From positions 2,304,001 through 2,368,000 of the forward strand of contig OZ240241.1 in NCBI GenBank assembly GCA_965198115.1: 64,000 nt of DNA. The letters run 5' to 3'. Positions 63,191 to 64,000 of the stretch are shown piece by piece. How positions within the stretch are numbered: the stretch's first letter is position 1; each line of letters opens with the position of its first letter. Origin of the DNA: Candidatus Latescibacterota bacterium (GTDB lineage Bacteria; Latescibacterota; UBA2968). The translations under genes and the position numbers were made by a program. The notes below the pieces were generated by a model, which ran no database searches, was not told the DNA's origin, and saw nothing but the letters and a program-made list of their open reading frames with translations.

Positions 63191-64000
63191 TCAGCGTTCA
63201 ATAAGGGACCCAAGGACCGACTCCGGAAACTCGATCATCACCAATCCTCTTGCAGCGGCACCCAATCCCCACCCGTTCGCCTGCCACTGGGGATAGGCAA
63301 CCATCGGTTGTGGAATGCCGTCGAGTAGAAAGTCGACAGGTTCCATCGAACCCGTCCCGAGGTAAACGAAAGCCTGCTGCAAGGTAACAAGCCGCCAACG
63401 GCTTGCTGTGACTCTTTCCACGAACGGGCTTCGAACGAATCGATACAACAAGGTTCCGAACATCCTCGAAAACGTCCCCACGACCCGAGGAATACGGCCC
63501 CAAGCGTAAGAATCGCCTCGCGCGCCGTCTCGGGCTCTTTCGATAGGCTCAGACAGAGGTGCCGGAGGGTCTCGTCACAGCTGGACCGGGCAGCGAGCGC
63601 CAGACCACGCAGGGCCGAGGCCCGAACCGCTCCGTTCTTCGCCTTACACAGATCCGACAGAAGTCCGACGGTATCGTCGTCGTCCTTGCCCTTCATCGCG
63701 TGCCCCAGGCAGATCGAAGCCACACGTTGAGTGGGGACATCGCCCGTCTTCGCCAGATTCGACAGATCGGGCACCAACGCGTCATCGCCAACACCGTCAA
63801 AACAGCAAGGCGCAAGGCGCAGCATACTATGGGTGGCGGCGCGAGTCCCTCGGACCCGCAGCATCCCCTCGAACGGAGCCATCCCCCGTCCCTCGCCTGC
63901 CAGGGAGAGCGAGCGCACGGCACTGCGATGTCTGAACTTGTGCGAGAAGCGATTCCGGTCCGAATCGATCTGGTCCGGGACCAACGCACGGTCAAGCAGA
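63191..64000 (-). pseudogene. Alpha-solenoid (HEAT/PC-repeat-like) protein, frameshifted, runs off window end
   Basis: Repeats such as ICLGHAMKG, ALRGLALAARSSCDE, LTLGAVFLGS, AGFVYLGTGS spread over three frames. Confidence 0.55.

Overview
GC-rich (roughly 58-60% by eye) bacterial accessory region, almost all on the + strand. The gene content is typical of Ca. Latescibacterota or Poribacteria-like heterotrophs, though this assignment is inferred only from gene families. It holds nine PhyH-type Fe/2OG dioxygenases, three SDRs, an amidase, a sulfatase, a GH127, several amidohydrolases, a beta-propeller/SpoIIE phosphatase and three tandem 640-aa DUF6785-like membrane proteins. The region is heavily invaded and decaying. 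There are four copies of one ISL3 (intact, 36-bp deleted, 804-bp deleted mini-copy, left-end fragment), an ISAzo13 inside an ECF sigma factor, and an IS1182 nested in the terminal IR of an IS256. More than 15 genes carry frameshifts, stops or deletions. The best candidates for novelty are: an unexplained ~250-nt structured non-coding element upstream of an E1-alpha gene; a PhyH with an HxG (halogenase-type) iron motif; a 27-bp palindromic unit repeatedly inserted inside other REP-like hairpins; a Na/Pi-PhoU cassette bracketed by a diverged hisJ/GNAT duplication; the DUF6785 triplet; and a PC-repeat-like protein paired with a sigma-4 HTH protein. No rRNA, tRNA or CRISPR array was seen.
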